This document shows, piece by piece, positions 35,514 to 36,442 of a stretch of 36,442 bases of DNA (positions are counted from its first letter, which is position 1; each line of letters begins with the position of its first letter). Below the pieces are notes generated by a model, which did no database searches, was not told the DNA's origin, and saw only the letters and a program-made list of their open reading frames with translations. The translations under genes and the position numbers were made by a program. Source of the stretch: a virus (lineage: Duplodnaviria > Caudoviricetes); IMG/VR virus record IMGVR_UViG_3300025418_000339, positions 1-36,442 of that record; one strand, 5' to 3'.

Positions 35514-36311
35514 TTACTCTATTAGATTAACTAAAGAGCGTGTTCTACCCTGAGATAATTGTGTGTACACCTGAGTTGTTGCTACAGATGAATGACGCAT
35601 AAGATCTCGAACCGCCAGCAAATCACCGTTAGATTTTTCGAGCATGGTCGTTGCAAAGTAATGACGAAGGCTGTGAAAGTGTTTAGCGTTCGGTCCAAGG
35701 ATTCGACGCATTTCATCAGCAGCTTTTTTAGAGAACCGATTTGGATCGCATTTCCATAATGGTCCGAGCGTGTTATAACTTTTGATGACTTCGGCAACTT
35801 TTGCAGCAACCGGCACTACAAGATCTGTCTTACCCTTACCAATAACCCGTAATGAATAGCCACCGTTATCTTCAATCAGATCAGCGCCTTCGATCTTCGC
35901 TACCTCATGGGCGCGAAGCCCGACCATACCGCCAAGAATGAACCAGTCTTTGTAGGGTTGGGTTGCTTCAGAAATCAATTTATCAAACTCGCCCTTAGTA
36001 ATGGGCTTAGGGACACCCCTGCCTGACTTCACATTGGGTAAGTCGGCTGCAGGGTTATTGCCATTGACAAGATCCATCTTGTTCAGGTGCTTGTAAATCG
36101 ACCTAAGCCTAGACACATAGTTTGCCTTGGTGCTTTGCTTAGTAGCTGAGAGAACTATCTTCTCGAGATCCTGGACTGTGGCTATGGCTGGATGAACGCC
36201 AATGCGCCGGATAATCTGCCAGTCTGTGCGGATCACATAGGGTGAAAAGCCCGAAGTGTCATACCGGTTTTTGAGCTGTCGGTATATCTCTTCGAGGGGT
36301 ACTAGATCCAT
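35514..36311 (-). CDS. Tyrosine recombinase, short Xer-like type
   Basis: Catalytic set GLRAHE, GKG, HSLRH, MRH and TTQVYT; 265 aa with no room for an arm-binding domain. Confidence 0.92.
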   Translation of the reverse strand: MDLVPLEEIYRQLKNRYDTSGFSPYVIRTDWQIIRRIGVHPAIATVQDLEKIVLSATKQSTKANYVSRLRSIYKHLNKMDLVNGNNPAADLPNVKSGRGVPKPITKGEFDKLISEATQPYKDWFILGGMVGLRAHEVAKIEGADLIEDNGGYSLRVIGKGKTDLVVPVAAKVAEVIKSYNTLGPLWKCDPNRFSKKAADEMRRILGPNAKHFHSLRHYFATTMLEKSNGDLLAVRDLMRHSSVATTQVYTQLSQGRTRSLVNLIE

Positions 36312-36317
36312 TTACCC

Positions 36318-36323
36318 ACTATA
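36318..36323 (-). promoter_or_regulatory. -10 box for a leaderless recombinase transcript
   Basis: TATAGT lies 6 nt before the ATG, with no clear RBS. Confidence 0.55.
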
Positions 36324-36442
36324 GCGTGTTAACTCTCGGTGGAGTGTTCCCTACCGTTTCAAGGTTCTAAGAAAGAACCAGCGCTTGAGGCGCAAGATAG
36401 GCCGATATTTGATTTTGTTTAAAAGCCTACGCCTATCTTGAT

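Noticed and set aside
35514-36311. Classical lysogeny integrase or prophage boundary
   Set aside because: No arm-binding domain, adjacent repressor, recognisable tRNA-derived att core or host genes in the window.

Overview
Most of the genome of a small, short-tailed (podovirus-like) dsDNA phage. Its host is most likely a low-GC freshwater actinobacterium, inferred from whiB, an SLT-type transglycosylase, GAAAGG ribosome-binding sites and a leaderless gene. The minus strand carries an HTH-fused terminase, five tiny basic proteins, portal, large internal-virion-like proteins, scaffold, a major capsid protein with an inserted decoration-like domain, tail adaptor/nozzle and a tail fibre running off the left edge. 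It also carries a Bet/Cas4-like exonuclease/WhiB/resolvase/SSB block, a DUF6378-like/metallophosphoesterase block, lysis genes and a short tyrosine recombinase at the right edge. The most unusual part is a ~3.2 kb plus-strand island (~20460-23690) next to the terminase. It encodes ArdA and a truncated beta-clamp-like protein, is strongly depleted in TG/CA, is bracketed by short direct repeats, and is punctuated by two co-varying anticodon-less tRNA-like elements, each followed by an ATCGG-loop hairpin and an RBS. All family calls are from motifs recognised by eye; no searches were run.
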